Assembly (NCBI GenBank): GCA_963675755.2
Contig: CAXXMD010000002.1
Span: 672,001 to 736,000 of the forward strand
Origin: a bacterium
GTDB lineage: Bacteria; Zhuqueibacterota; Zhuqueibacteria; Residuimicrobiales; Krinioviventaceae
DNA length: 64,000 nt
Direction of reading: 5' to 3'
The position numbers were made by a program, and so were the translations under genes. Of this stretch, positions 22,326 to 32,842 are shown one piece after another (positions within the stretch are counted from its first letter, which is position 1; every line of letters begins with the position of its first letter). The notes under the pieces were generated by a model. The model made no database searches and had not been told where the DNA came from. It worked only from the letters and a program-made list of their open reading frames with translations.

Positions 22326-23684
22326 TTATATAAATGCTCCCTGATCAATCAAAGTATTTTTCAATTTTTGTGTATCAATAACTGCGGGCAGCTTTTTATC
22401 TTTTAATGCAATTGCTGCTGCTGTTCCAGCAGCCTGACCTATTCCCCATACAATGGGTTGTACCCGTAATGATGAATGTGCAGCATGATCTGAAGAAATG
22501 CATCGTGATGCTATAATCAAATTCTCGACATCAAGAGGAATAATACTACGGTAGGGTATCTGGTAATAGGTACCATCTTTTAAGTAATGGATCTCTGTTC
22601 CCGTACCGGTAGGATTATGAATATCAATTTCATATGAAGCACACACAATTGCATCATCAAATTTACGGGTTTCAATTACATCCTCTTTGGTTAATTTATA
22701 ATGCCCCATAATTCTTCTGGATTCACGAACACCTATTTGTGCACCCATTTTCATTAAATAAGAATTCTCAAATCCCCTTATATTCTTTTTTAAAAACCGG
22801 ACCATATCATCAACCTGCCGGCGCCCTTCAATTTCAGCATCTGTAGATTCCCATCCATCCAGAGAAGATTTTCCAATAATACGGGTGGTGTTGAAATGAA
22901 CAACATCCTTGTGTATAGTTTTAAATTTCAGCACATTTTCACGTGGATTTTTAACTGTCCCTTCAGCCTTGGCTTTATCATAAAGTTCATTAATTTCATC
23001 TCTTGGTGGTACGCGATCAACATCTACATTTGCCATACGAAAACTTGTTGTCATGGGTTGAAAAGCATTATCAAATTCTCTTCCAATCTCAAAAGGAGCT
23101 CCTGCCCATGTTGCAATATCTCCATCTCCCGTCGAATCAATAAAAATGTCCGCACTAATATCTTCTATACCACCTTTATGAAAGACTTTGACAGCTTTAA
23201 TGGTTTTTCCATCTTTTAATACACCTATAGCGCTTGTATGTAAAAGCATGTCTACACCGGCATCCATTACAAAACGGTCCAGCAGCCATTTCATGGGTTC
23301 TGCATCAAAACTTTTTCTGTTTTCAAGTATGGCTCCATTTTCTAGCATTATATCCACAAATTCTTCAAACAAACCGCGTATAATGATCTTGTCGCCTGCG
23401 TTATATTTCATATAGGGTTGTACCAAAGCACTGGTTGCCATACCTCCTAAAAAACCATATCGTTCTACGAGCAACACCCTGGCGCCATTCCTGGCTGCTG
23501 CAACTGCTGCAGGAACTCCTCCCGGGCCACCACCAATCACAACAACATCCCAATGTTTCATTTTAACTTTTTCAGGTTCACTTGACGACTGTGCAAATCC
23601 ATCAATGCCTGAAAATAACAGTCCTGCAGTGGTCAAAGATTTAAGAAAAAAACGTCTATTGGTATGTAAACTTTTACTCATCAT
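22326..23684 (-). CDS. Tat-exported FAD-dependent oxidoreductase (FAD_oxidored family)
   Basis: NRRFFL signal; VVVIGGGPGG, IDSTGDGD, GVRESRRI, IPYRS, GQAAGTAAA. Confidence 0.88.
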   Translation of the reverse strand: MMSKSLHTNRRFFLKSLTTAGLLFSGIDGFAQSSSEPEKVKMKHWDVVVIGGGPGGVPAAVAAARNGARVLLVERYGFLGGMATSALVQPYMKYNAGDKIIIRGLFEEFVDIMLENGAILENRKSFDAEPMKWLLDRFVMDAGVDMLLHTSAIGVLKDGKTIKAVKVFHKGGIEDISADIFIDSTGDGDIATWAGAPFEIGREFDNAFQPMTTSFRMANVDVDRVPPRDEINELYDKAKAEGTVKNPRENVLKFKTIHKDVVHFNTTRIIGKSSLDGWESTDAEIEGRRQVDDMVRFLKKNIRGFENSYLMKMGAQIGVRESRRIMGHYKLTKEDVIETRKFDDAIVCASYEIDIHNPTGTGTEIHYLKDGTYYQIPYRSIIPLDVENLIIASRCISSDHAAHSSLRVQPIVWGIGQAAGTAAAIALKDKKLPAVIDTQKLKNTLIDQGAFI

Positions 23685-24156
23685 GTTTCCCATTTGTTGT
23701 TTTCATGTCAATGTGCATTATACCGTCTTCATCATACGGTTCCGAATATTGTTCAAAACCAAACAATTCATAGAATGACTCAAGATGTTGTTGAGCTGAC
23801 AAATGGATATCTATTCCTGGATAGAGTTTTTCTGTCTGGCGAATGGCTTCCTTTAATAACAGCTTGCCGATTCCTGTGCCCCTAACCTTTTGAGTTGTTA
23901 TAATTCTACCAATTGATGGACCATTAAATTTTTCACCGGGAAATACAATTCGGGCATATGCAGCTAATTGCCTATCCATATATCCCATTAAATGCCAGGA
24001 TTTCTCATCCAGGTAATCAGCTTCCTGGAAAGCACAATTTTGCTCTACAACAAAAATCCTTTGACGTTCAGCAAGAATTGTATACAACTCTATATTGGTT
24101 AATTCAGAAAAGGCTTTAAACTTCCATTCAATTTTGATTTGGACGGTTTGTTTCAA
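23674..24156 (-). CDS. ElaA-like GNAT acetyltransferase
   Basis: RQRIFVVEQNC, SIGRII, RGTGIG, LSAQQHL..FY..FGF, YDEDGIMHIDM. Confidence 0.88.
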   Translation of the reverse strand: MKQTVQIKIEWKFKAFSELTNIELYTILAERQRIFVVEQNCAFQEADYLDEKSWHLMGYMDRQLAAYARIVFPGEKFNGPSIGRIITTQKVRGTGIGKLLLKEAIRQTEKLYPGIDIHLSAQQHLESFYELFGFEQYSEPYDEDGIMHIDMKTTNGKHDE

Positions 24157-25754
24157 TTCAACTCCTTGATAATTACACGAAATTCTTCATTTCCCGTCAG
24201 AGTTACTTTTAATCCATCCAGCAATTCAGTCCCGCTTACAACTTTAATTACACCATCACTGGTTGTTATACGATAAGATTTATCTTTTTCTACAGTAAAC
24301 CATTCAGGAAACTGATTGATTCGTGGATAATCATCGGGTATATTCATAATCTCCTGGTGACGTTTTCGATCAAATAAAATTTTCCCATCCCAGACATCGG
24401 TACTGCTAACCGAGAGCAACAAATATCCTTTTTGATCAACAGCTCCAATCAGTACATCTTTTCTCCAGGGGAAAACCCATGTTCCCTGGGTTTTCCAAAG
24501 TGCATACATGATGGATGTCCGGGCAAAATTACCGTCTCCATGCCAACCCTCAACAATGCCATTCTTTTGCTGTTTTGCCCACATGATTTGGGTTTGATTG
24601 TCCATCCAATTGTCAACACCAGGTACAGGTTCACGATTATAAAGATTTAATCCACTTTCTATTGCATCAGCAAAGCCATCAGCGCTGTTGTTCTCCCAAT
24701 CAAAATTACGATAATGGGCATCAAGGTTTGATAATACTTTAATCACCGCATTTCGATATTTTTCATCATGATCAACCATGTAAACCGTATAAAATCCATT
24801 ATAATTGTAACCCCAGGTATCACACAAGTCACCACTGTTTTCACCTGTTTGCGGATTAAATGTATTGTACAACATACCATGTTCGTTACGACCAGCCTCC
24901 AATACTCTGTCCAGCATGCGATGAATAGGAGCTGTGTATTGTTCCTTTTCTTCAGGAGCTGCCTTGCTGATGGTATAATAAAATTCGGTCAAACCGGATA
25001 ATACTTCGCAACCATGGTCTCGTAAGCGCAGCTTTGTCTCTGAATCTGTCGGATGATGATCAAAAAGATAATACTTGCCCAATCTCGTCGCATATTCCAG
25101 GTAATCTGCGTTTCCGGTCATCCAATACAATCGAGATAAAACCTGTAGCATTTCTCCATTCAGTTCCTGATTCTCGGACGGAATTTTTCCATATTTCGTA
25201 TCAACCGGTGCATACTTCCAAATGTCATTTACAATATCAATCATTCTATCAGCCCAGGGGGATTTGCCCATCCATTCAGTTAATGGCAGCAATCCGTCTT
25301 TGACATACTCAGAACTGCCAAACAAAATATCGTTAATTTTGACATTGGGATTATCAAAAGTTTTTTTCCGGAAATTGTAGGTATCCGGCAAATTGCCAAC
25401 ACGACTGGTCAGCTCTTTTTCATTATAGAGCATTTCCAGCATAGTACCTTTTAACAGGTCTCTGTCTACAAAAGAAGCTGTTAACACCATAAAAGGATAG
25501 TTGTCGGCTGCCGCATCTTTAGCGTTCCATATAAGAAAATCTTTGGTAAGGTTTCTGGGAATTAAACCGGTAGCAGGATCAGCATGGTCAAGCCAGCCAT
25601 AAACAAAATTTTCTGATCGAACAAGTGCTTCATTTGCCAATGCAGCATTCTGTTTAACAATTTCAAATTTTTCAGATTTCAACAACTGCTTACTTTTATA
25701 TTGGCTACAGGATATGAACAACAAACCAATCAATAATAGAACCCTTAATCTCAT
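24153..25754 (-). CDS. conserved hypothetical lipoprotein, possible (alpha/alpha)-barrel carbohydrate enzyme
   Basis: Lipobox FISC; 533 aa; motifs WNAKDAAADNYPF, RLRDHGCE, DTWGY, EGWHGDGNFART. Confidence 0.6.
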   Translation of the reverse strand: MRLRVLLLIGLLFISCSQYKSKQLLKSEKFEIVKQNAALANEALVRSENFVYGWLDHADPATGLIPRNLTKDFLIWNAKDAAADNYPFMVLTASFVDRDLLKGTMLEMLYNEKELTSRVGNLPDTYNFRKKTFDNPNVKINDILFGSSEYVKDGLLPLTEWMGKSPWADRMIDIVNDIWKYAPVDTKYGKIPSENQELNGEMLQVLSRLYWMTGNADYLEYATRLGKYYLFDHHPTDSETKLRLRDHGCEVLSGLTEFYYTISKAAPEEKEQYTAPIHRMLDRVLEAGRNEHGMLYNTFNPQTGENSGDLCDTWGYNYNGFYTVYMVDHDEKYRNAVIKVLSNLDAHYRNFDWENNSADGFADAIESGLNLYNREPVPGVDNWMDNQTQIMWAKQQKNGIVEGWHGDGNFARTSIMYALWKTQGTWVFPWRKDVLIGAVDQKGYLLLSVSSTDVWDGKILFDRKRHQEIMNIPDDYPRINQFPEWFTVEKDKSYRITTSDGVIKVVSGTELLDGLKVTLTGNEEFRVIIKELN

Positions 25755-25785
25755 TGCATGACTCCTGTTAAAAATGAATATCTTT

Positions 25786-27690
25786 TTATGCGTAACAGCG
25801 AACTTCGAAAATTCTTGCTAAATTATCTCCCTGGGTATTATGTACCTGAATTTTAATCTTTTCAAGCTTTATGGGTTTAAATGTAAAACGGCGTAATCTG
25901 AGATAATTATTCCGTACCTGTTCCAGATCATACCATTGATTATTGGCATAATACTGAATATCAAAATCTTTGACCGTTTCGGGTTGAGGACCCCGGATTT
26001 GTTTTTTGTATTGATTATCTTGTCCGGTGAGATACAATAATCGATTTAATCCACTGTCAAAAGTAATTTGAATAAATGAAATTTCGACTTTATCTTTCCA
26101 GTCCAATTCAATCCATTGTGGTTTGCCTTCGATGGGTGCTTGCCATTGATGGGTTTGACCATCCAGAACATCGCGATTCCATCCATCAATGATCGATACT
26201 GCACGACCTGTACTTGTTTCTGCTGATGCGGAAATAGTCGCGTTTTTGGCAAGATCCAAAGGATCTGTATTTTGTATATTTAAAAGTGATTGATCATCAA
26301 ATAATAGTTTTTGCTGAAATTTTTGCAGCAAATCGACATCTTTAACAATACCATTATTTGATAAATTATATTTGACAGAAAAAGCAGCAGCTGTACCTGC
26401 TGCCTGGCCTATAGCCGCACAGGTTGCCATAACTCGTGTTGAAGAAAAAGCCACATGTGAAGCGCTAATATTTCTGCCGGCCATCCACAAATTCTTAATA
26501 TTTGTACTGTACAAGCTTTTTAATGGTATATTGTATGGTTTTTCAAATTTGATAGAACGATATGGACTCTGATCGGTCCTGTCCATGCCTTCGGGGGGAT
26601 GATCATCCATAGGCCAGCCGCCATATGAAACCCGATCATGGTACATCTCTTGAGCTTCCATTTCCTGCTGAATCATAATATGGTCGCCGGTAACACGCCT
26701 GCTTTCTCTTTTACCGGGAATCATTCCAACCCAATCCAATGCCCAGTTTGTAGAATCAGGGTGTTCGCCGCTGTTTTTAATATAATCCCACACACCCATT
26801 ACAATGCTCAACAATTCCTGGCGGATTTGGCGATTATCATGAATGGTATCCAACTCTCCACCCCATTCAATCCACCAGTAACCATACTCGTATGATCCAA
26901 TACGACGATGTTTAAAATCTTTTTGGGTATAGGTTTTTGCCCAGGCTGGTTTTTCAAAAGACATTGGGCCATCATGCTGTTTTGCAAAAAACATAATTGA
27001 ATTGCCCATGGTCTTGTTATCCGTTTGATCAGGGGCGAGCGATTCACCAAAAACCTGCTTACCTTCCCTGCCACGCATATATTTTGCACCGGCTGCAGCC
27101 GCCAGTGATGCATCTCCGGTACAGTCTATGACATGTTTTGCTTTAATCGTATAGGTTTCTTCCAGTAAAGGACTAATTGCATCAACTTTTACAATTTTAT
27201 CAAAAGAAACAGTTGTACCAATAACGGCTGTATCTAATAACAGTGTAATATTGGGTTCAGATATCACTTTATCATACATCACCAAATCCCACATCTCAAA
27301 TGAACGCTGTGGATTGGTTGCAGCCTCTGTAAGTTTCAACTCTTCAATAATACCCGTCTCTCGCCAATTCTGGGTCATTGTGTGATTGTTGGCACCCAGA
27401 ATATGCATTCTGATTTCACTGCTGCCGTTGCCACCTAACCTGGATCTATTTTGAATTAGAATAACCTTGGCACCGTTTCTCGCAGCAGCAATAGCTGCGC
27501 AAACACCTGCCATTCCTCCACCTGCAACCAGAACATCGGTTTCCAGTTGAGAGTCTTTGAAGACGTGTGTATCAATATTTCCAATAAGCTTTTCTTGTGA
27601 AGAGTTGGCGGCTAGAGGTGCGCCTGTGGTTAATAATCCTGTAGAGCCTGCCCCTAAAATTTTAATAAAACCTCTGCGGTCTGTATCCAT
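25786..27690 (-). CDS. Tat-exported FAD-dependent oxidoreductase with C-terminal discoidin/CBM-like domain
   Basis: DRRGFI signal; VAGGGMAG, LGGNGSSE, IDCTGD, KRESRR, STRVMATC; C-terminal QWIELDW...ARIFEVRCY. Confidence 0.88.
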   Translation of the reverse strand: MDTDRRGFIKILGAGSTGLLTTGAPLAANSSQEKLIGNIDTHVFKDSQLETDVLVAGGGMAGVCAAIAAARNGAKVILIQNRSRLGGNGSSEIRMHILGANNHTMTQNWRETGIIEELKLTEAATNPQRSFEMWDLVMYDKVISEPNITLLLDTAVIGTTVSFDKIVKVDAISPLLEETYTIKAKHVIDCTGDASLAAAAGAKYMRGREGKQVFGESLAPDQTDNKTMGNSIMFFAKQHDGPMSFEKPAWAKTYTQKDFKHRRIGSYEYGYWWIEWGGELDTIHDNRQIRQELLSIVMGVWDYIKNSGEHPDSTNWALDWVGMIPGKRESRRVTGDHIMIQQEMEAQEMYHDRVSYGGWPMDDHPPEGMDRTDQSPYRSIKFEKPYNIPLKSLYSTNIKNLWMAGRNISASHVAFSSTRVMATCAAIGQAAGTAAAFSVKYNLSNNGIVKDVDLLQKFQQKLLFDDQSLLNIQNTDPLDLAKNATISASAETSTGRAVSIIDGWNRDVLDGQTHQWQAPIEGKPQWIELDWKDKVEISFIQITFDSGLNRLLYLTGQDNQYKKQIRGPQPETVKDFDIQYYANNQWYDLEQVRNNYLRLRRFTFKPIKLEKIKIQVHNTQGDNLARIFEVRCYA

Positions 27691-27837
27691 AAATAGCCCT
27701 GATAAATTAAAGAAAAGTTACAGTTTATTTTACAGATTAATTCAATATATAAAAAAGAAACTGATAATTCAAATAATAAAAAAACTTGAAACTACTCAAT
27801 ATTTACAGTACTTTAATATTTTATATTTGGAAAAAGC

Positions 27838-28851
27838 ATGGATAGATTGAGAGAATTACATATAGTAACATTTGGACATCCCCCCAATGAAATTAATCAA
27901 TTAAAAGGTGATGGTTCAGATCGACAAATTTACAGAATTGTAAATAACAATAACAGCATTATTGGTATATTGGGAAATAATATACCTGAAAATCATGCAT
28001 TCATTTCTTTTTCACGACAAATGAAATCCATAGGCCTCGCTGTTCCTGAAATTTTAGCTGTTAATGATGATGAAACCGCCTACCTTGAAACTGATTTTGG
28101 CGATACAACATTATATGACTTGATTCATGAAAAAGGCTTTACCGAATCTATAATCAACGTTTATAAACAGGTCTTGTCAGAATTGACCAAATTTCAGATT
28201 AACCTGCATCAAAACCTGGATTATTCTGTATGCTATCAGCAGGATGTTTTTGGAATCGAAACCATAACAAATGATTTTAATTATTTCAAGCAACGTTTCC
28301 TTTTACCCTTTTACAAAGAAAAAGTTGACTTTGATCGCATTGACAGTGATTTTCAAATACTTCTTAAAGTGCTTCTTGAGGCCCCAAAAGAATATTTTCT
28401 TTATCGCGATTTCCAATCCCGGAATATAATGATTATAGACAATATTCCTCATTTTATAGATTATCAATCCGGGCGTCGTGGTGCCTTACAATATGATCTT
28501 GCGTCTTTATTATACGATGCCAAAGCTCGTGTGCCAGAGCCGGTAAGAAAAATTTTGATCGAACATTATCTGGATGAACTTGAAAAATATATCCAAACAG
28601 ATCGAAAAGAGTTCATGTATTACTTTTATCCCTTTGTCTGGATACGTATTATGCAGGCCTTGGGAGCGTATGGATTTTTGTCTCAACAAAAAGGAAAAAC
28701 TTTATTTTTGCAAAATATACCATTAGCCCTTGGCAATATTCAATTATTGTTAACACAAAATACAATAATGGACAATTTACCAATTATAAAAACTGTATTT
28801 ACAAACCTTGTTAATGATAATTCTCTACACAGATTGGAAAACATGAGATGA
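27838..28851 (+). CDS. AmgK-like aminoglycoside-phosphotransferase-fold sugar kinase
   Basis: GDGSDRQIYR, ETDFGD, LYRDFQSRNIM, IDYQ, YDLASLLYD, MQALGAYG. Confidence 0.85.
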   Translation: MDRLRELHIVTFGHPPNEINQLKGDGSDRQIYRIVNNNNSIIGILGNNIPENHAFISFSRQMKSIGLAVPEILAVNDDETAYLETDFGDTTLYDLIHEKGFTESIINVYKQVLSELTKFQINLHQNLDYSVCYQQDVFGIETITNDFNYFKQRFLLPFYKEKVDFDRIDSDFQILLKVLLEAPKEYFLYRDFQSRNIMIIDNIPHFIDYQSGRRGALQYDLASLLYDAKARVPEPVRKILIEHYLDELEKYIQTDRKEFMYYFYPFVWIRIMQALGAYGFLSQQKGKTLFLQNIPLALGNIQLLLTQNTIMDNLPIIKTVFTNLVNDNSLHRLENMR

Positions 28852-29258
28852 AAGATACATTAAATATATCCATTCACAGCTTTGGGTACAAAAAATCAGG
28901 TATTCCCCAAGATGAAACTGAAAACAATGGCGGCTTTGTGTTCGATTGCCGGGGATTGCCAAATCCTGGCAGGCTGGAAGCATATAAAAAAAGCACAGGA
29001 CTTGAAGAGAATGTGAGAAATTACCTGGAATCGTATAATACAGTTAAAGAATTTGTTGAACTTGCGATTTCAATTGTTCAAATCAATATAGATAATTATG
29101 TTGAAAGAGATTTTACCCATTTAATGATAAACTTTGGATGTACTGGTGGTCAACACCGATCTGTTTATTGTGCTGATCAGGTATACAAATATCTTTTAAA
29201 AAACGGGTACCAGGTTACAATTACTCATCAAGATAAACCGGAGGAATCTGCAAAATGA
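28848..29258 (+). CDS. stand-alone RapZ C-terminal domain protein
   Basis: SFGYKKSGIP, GGFVFDCRGLPNPG, FGCTGGQHRSVY. Confidence 0.85.
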   Translation: MKDTLNISIHSFGYKKSGIPQDETENNGGFVFDCRGLPNPGRLEAYKKSTGLEENVRNYLESYNTVKEFVELAISIVQINIDNYVERDFTHLMINFGCTGGQHRSVYCADQVYKYLLKNGYQVTITHQDKPEESAK

Positions 29259-30001
29259 ATGCACTTGTTCTGGCTGCTGGATATGGTAAACGTTTACAAC
29301 CAATTACTGACTATATACCCAAAGCCTTGATAACCCTGGGAAATAAACCTCTATTATACATCCTATTGAATAAACTTGAACGGCAAAACTTTACCAATAT
29401 TTTAGTCAATGCTCACCATCTCGCTGATCAGGTTGAAAAGTTTATTGAATCATACAATAATGAAAACAACAGCAATATTAAACTTGTCAGAGAAACGAGA
29501 TTGTTGGATACCGGTGGCGGAATAAAAAACATGTTACAGCAATTATCTAATGATGAACCGGTATTGGTCCACAATGTGGATATTGTTTCTACAATAAACC
29601 TGAAGGATTTTTATAAATTGCATCTAGAATCCAAAGCCGTTGCCAGCCTGGCTGTTCAAAGACGAGAAACCACTCGTCCCCTGTTATTTGACGAAAATAT
29701 GTCTTTATGCGGCAAGAAATCAAAGCACGATGGACAGTTTAATATTGTAAAATCACCTACCGGTGCAGTCAGTCAGTGGGCTTTTTGTGGAATTCAGGTT
29801 ATAAAACCTGAAATATTTAAAGAATATCCTGCAAATCGGTTTTACAGCATTGATGTCTATACCAAAAACGCAGCAAAAAACAAAATTATACAGGGCATAG
29901 ATATTGAAAAGAATTATTGGAAAGATCTTGGTACCAGCAAGGATATTACTAAAGCTGAAAGAGAGATTGAATCTCTTCATTTAGACATTAATTCTCTATG
30001 A
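29255..30001 (+). CDS. MurU-like nucleotidyltransferase
   Basis: LAAGYGKRLQPIT..PKAL, VNAHHL, LLDTGGG, HNVD, WKDLG; follows the amgK-like kinase. Confidence 0.85.
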   Translation: MNALVLAAGYGKRLQPITDYIPKALITLGNKPLLYILLNKLERQNFTNILVNAHHLADQVEKFIESYNNENNSNIKLVRETRLLDTGGGIKNMLQQLSNDEPVLVHNVDIVSTINLKDFYKLHLESKAVASLAVQRRETTRPLLFDENMSLCGKKSKHDGQFNIVKSPTGAVSQWAFCGIQVIKPEIFKEYPANRFYSIDVYTKNAAKNKIIQGIDIEKNYWKDLGTSKDITKAEREIESLHLDINSL

Positions 30002-31033
30002 TACAGAATAACTAGTTTGTTTATTTAACAGTTTGCTAAATTTTTGCTGAGCGAATTCTGAAAATTGTCTTTTCTCTTCATTGTTCATAAATGAAGCTTT
30101 TAATCCATTCAGAACAATATTCATCATATCTTTTTCCGAAAGATTAAAATAAGAAGCTGCTTTCTGATATTCTCCGGTCAAAGATACTCCAAATACCTCT
30201 GGATCATCAGTATTAATTGTTACCATTACTCCTTTTTTATAAAACTCGGGAAAAGGATGATCCAATAAATTATCACACACATTAAGCTTTACATTACTTG
30301 TTAAACATTGAGTTAAAGGGATATTATTTTTAACCAAATATTCGACCAACAATTCATCCTGAATAGCCTGTGTTCCATGATCAATTCTATCAATTGCAAG
30401 TTCAGTAATTGCTTGCCACATACTTTCAGGGCCACCTATTTCGCCTGCATGCACGGTACATTTCAGATTATGCTGCTTTGCATACTGATAGACTTGACGA
30501 AACTCTGCCATAGAACCGGTATTTTCATATCCCGATAAACCAATTCCAGCAATAAGAGGATGATCAAGCTCAACTATCTCCTTCACAAGCTCCATAGCTG
30601 ACTCTGCACCATAGGAACGTTGCAGGTTAACAATCATCCTGGATTCAATTTGGTAATTTTCTTTAGCCTCAATTACATTTTTGTAAATTATATCAAGGAT
30701 TTCTTTTATCGATAATCCCAAATTCTTGTATTTTTGCAACGCACAATCAAATTCTACATAGATAACTTGTTGCAATGCCAGCGTTTCAAGTAATTCACGG
30801 GTAATTCTGCCAAGATGATCAGGGGTTTTTATATTATCAGACACTTTTTGCATGCCACGGATAAAGTTTTTAAGATTACCATAGCGATATAATCCCTTAA
30901 TCTGTATAGGATCAACATTCTGATGATTGCAGTTGAATAAATATGAAGCAGTATCGGGTCGAATTGACCCTTCCAGATGTACATGTAGTTCAACTTTGGG
31001 CATATTTTTTATAAATTCATTCAAATAATACAC
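29996..31033 (-). CDS. add: adenosine deaminase family protein
   Basis: PKVELHVHLEGS, TVHAGE, RIDHG, CLTSN, INTDDP. Confidence 0.85.
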   Translation of the reverse strand: MYYLNEFIKNMPKVELHVHLEGSIRPDTASYLFNCNHQNVDPIQIKGLYRYGNLKNFIRGMQKVSDNIKTPDHLGRITRELLETLALQQVIYVEFDCALQKYKNLGLSIKEILDIIYKNVIEAKENYQIESRMIVNLQRSYGAESAMELVKEIVELDHPLIAGIGLSGYENTGSMAEFRQVYQYAKQHNLKCTVHAGEIGGPESMWQAITELAIDRIDHGTQAIQDELLVEYLVKNNIPLTQCLTSNVKLNVCDNLLDHPFPEFYKKGVMVTINTDDPEVFGVSLTGEYQKAASYFNLSEKDMMNIVLNGLKASFMNNEEKRQFSEFAQQKFSKLLNKQTSYSVS

Positions 31034-31328
31034 AAATAAATAACTCCATTGTTCTTGTCAAGATGAATAAAAAGCAAAAATCAGGCTAGAGATTAATATC
31101 AGGAAAATTTTTATAGTTTTTATCAAGTAAAAATAGACAAGCTAAGGTATTGTAAAAGCTTATATTACATTGGTGTGTATATTTACAATGAAAAATATTA
31201 TTTGAAATAAATTAAATTCGATTACGACACTGCCATATCTGATACAATTTTGTTATTTATCGGACACGTCGTTCCAATACTCATACAATATGTATCACAT
31301 CCGGAACTTGAATTAAAATTAACTCAAA

Positions 31329-31955
31329 TCAATTAAAAAGAAGATGGGGATACGCTCTCACTTTACCCCAATCTTTCCAATCGCCAGATAATGTTAATAG
31401 AGTTTCATAAATATTGATTATTGTATCTCGATCAATCCATTTAAATCCGCTAATATTTTCAGATTTATCAAGAACTACAGGTTCACCGCTAATATTTCTA
31501 ATATTAAAGATATACGAAATAAATGGGTGTTTTTCTTGCTTATGCGTTAAAATATAAAAGACAGCCCCAAGAAAAGTATAATCACTATAAACAAATCCAG
31601 TTTCTTCATAAACTTCACGTTCAAGAGAAGGTATCAATGCTTCATTCGCATTGATACCTCCGCTTAATAATCTATATATATTATCAGGAAACTGGGTCTT
31701 TGTGTGTAATAGTAACTGGTTTTTTAAATTTTCCAAACCAAAAACAATTTCACCTCTTCGGCTTTGTTTGCTTTTTAAAAATTGATAATAACCATTGTCA
31801 ATTTCAAACTGGGTTAAATAAAATGTTGAATCCGGAAAGTCAGATTGCAGTTTTTTTAACTCATTTACATCAAGTTTATCTGTAAAAATGCCATCATCTG
31901 CAATCATCATTGGATCAATTAATTCCAGTCCGGGATCATTTATCATTCTAATCAT
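31329..31955 (-). CDS. NUDIX hydrolase
   Basis: Nudix box GGINANEALIPSLEREVYEETG. Confidence 0.8.
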   Translation of the reverse strand: MIRMINDPGLELIDPMMIADDGIFTDKLDVNELKKLQSDFPDSTFYLTQFEIDNGYYQFLKSKQSRRGEIVFGLENLKNQLLLHTKTQFPDNIYRLLSGGINANEALIPSLEREVYEETGFVYSDYTFLGAVFYILTHKQEKHPFISYIFNIRNISGEPVVLDKSENISGFKWIDRDTIINIYETLLTLSGDWKDWGKVRAYPHLLFN

Positions 31956-31959
31956 TACC

Positions 31960-32829
31960 TCAATTCAAAATATTTTTAACAGTTATACCCATTTCAGCAG
32001 GACTTTTACAAACATGTACACCAGCAGCTTCTAGCGCTGCAATTTTTTCACTGGCCGTTCCTTTGCCTCCGGAAATAATTGCCCCGGCATGTCCCATTCG
32101 TCTTCCGGGAGGTGCTGTTTGACCTGCAATAAAAGAAACAACGGGTTTTGTCATATTGGCTTTAATGTATTCAGCTGCTGTTTCTTCCGCACTTCCGCCA
32201 ATTTCACCAATCATTATAACTGCATCAGTATCAGGATCTTCATTGAAAAGCTCCAATGCATCAATAAACGGAGTACCAATAATGGGATCACCACCAATAC
32301 CAATGCATGTACTTTGCCCAAGACCTAACTGAGTCAATTGGTTTACCGCTTCATATGTCAAAGTACCGCTTCGTGAAATTACACCAATCCTGCCGGGAGA
32401 ATGTATAAATCCAGGCATAATACCAATCTTGCATTGACCGGGAGAAATAATACCAGGACAATTGGGGCCAATCAGTCGGCTTCCTGTTTTTTTAAGGTAT
32501 TCATTTACTTTGAGCATATCTGTTACAGGTATACCTTCGGTAATACAAACGATTAATTCTATACCTGCCTGTGCACTCTCCATTATTGCATCAGCTGCAA
32601 ATGGTGGCGGTACAAAAATTACAGATGCATTGGCTTGCTGTTTTTCAATAGCTTCTTCTATAGTATTATAAATGGGGATTTTTTCAAAAGATTGTCCACC
32701 TTTTCCAGGAGTTACTCCTGCTACAACCTGTGTACCATATTCAACCATTTGTTGAGTATGAAAAGATCCTTCACCACCGGTAATACCCTGTACTACAACT
32801 CGTGTGTTTTTATTTGCTAAAATACTCAA
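31960..32829 (-). CDS. sucD: succinate--CoA ligase subunit alpha
   Basis: [43 protein letters not shown]. Confidence 0.97.
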   Translation of the reverse strand: MSILANKNTRVVVQGITGGEGSFHTQQMVEYGTQVVAGVTPGKGGQSFEKIPIYNTIEEAIEKQQANASVIFVPPPFAADAIMESAQAGIELIVCITEGIPVTDMLKVNEYLKKTGSRLIGPNCPGIISPGQCKIGIMPGFIHSPGRIGVISRSGTLTYEAVNQLTQLGLGQSTCIGIGGDPIIGTPFIDALELFNEDPDTDAVIMIGEIGGSAEETAAEYIKANMTKPVVSFIAGQTAPPGRRMGHAGAIISGGKGTASEKIAALEAAGVHVCKSPAEMGITVKNILN

Positions 32830-32842
32830 TGCTCTCCCCTTT

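Noticed and set aside
31034-31328. Purine riboswitch upstream of adenosine deaminase
   Set aside because: The minus strand has GATATGG but no flanking P2 stem and no TTTCTACC core in the right order.
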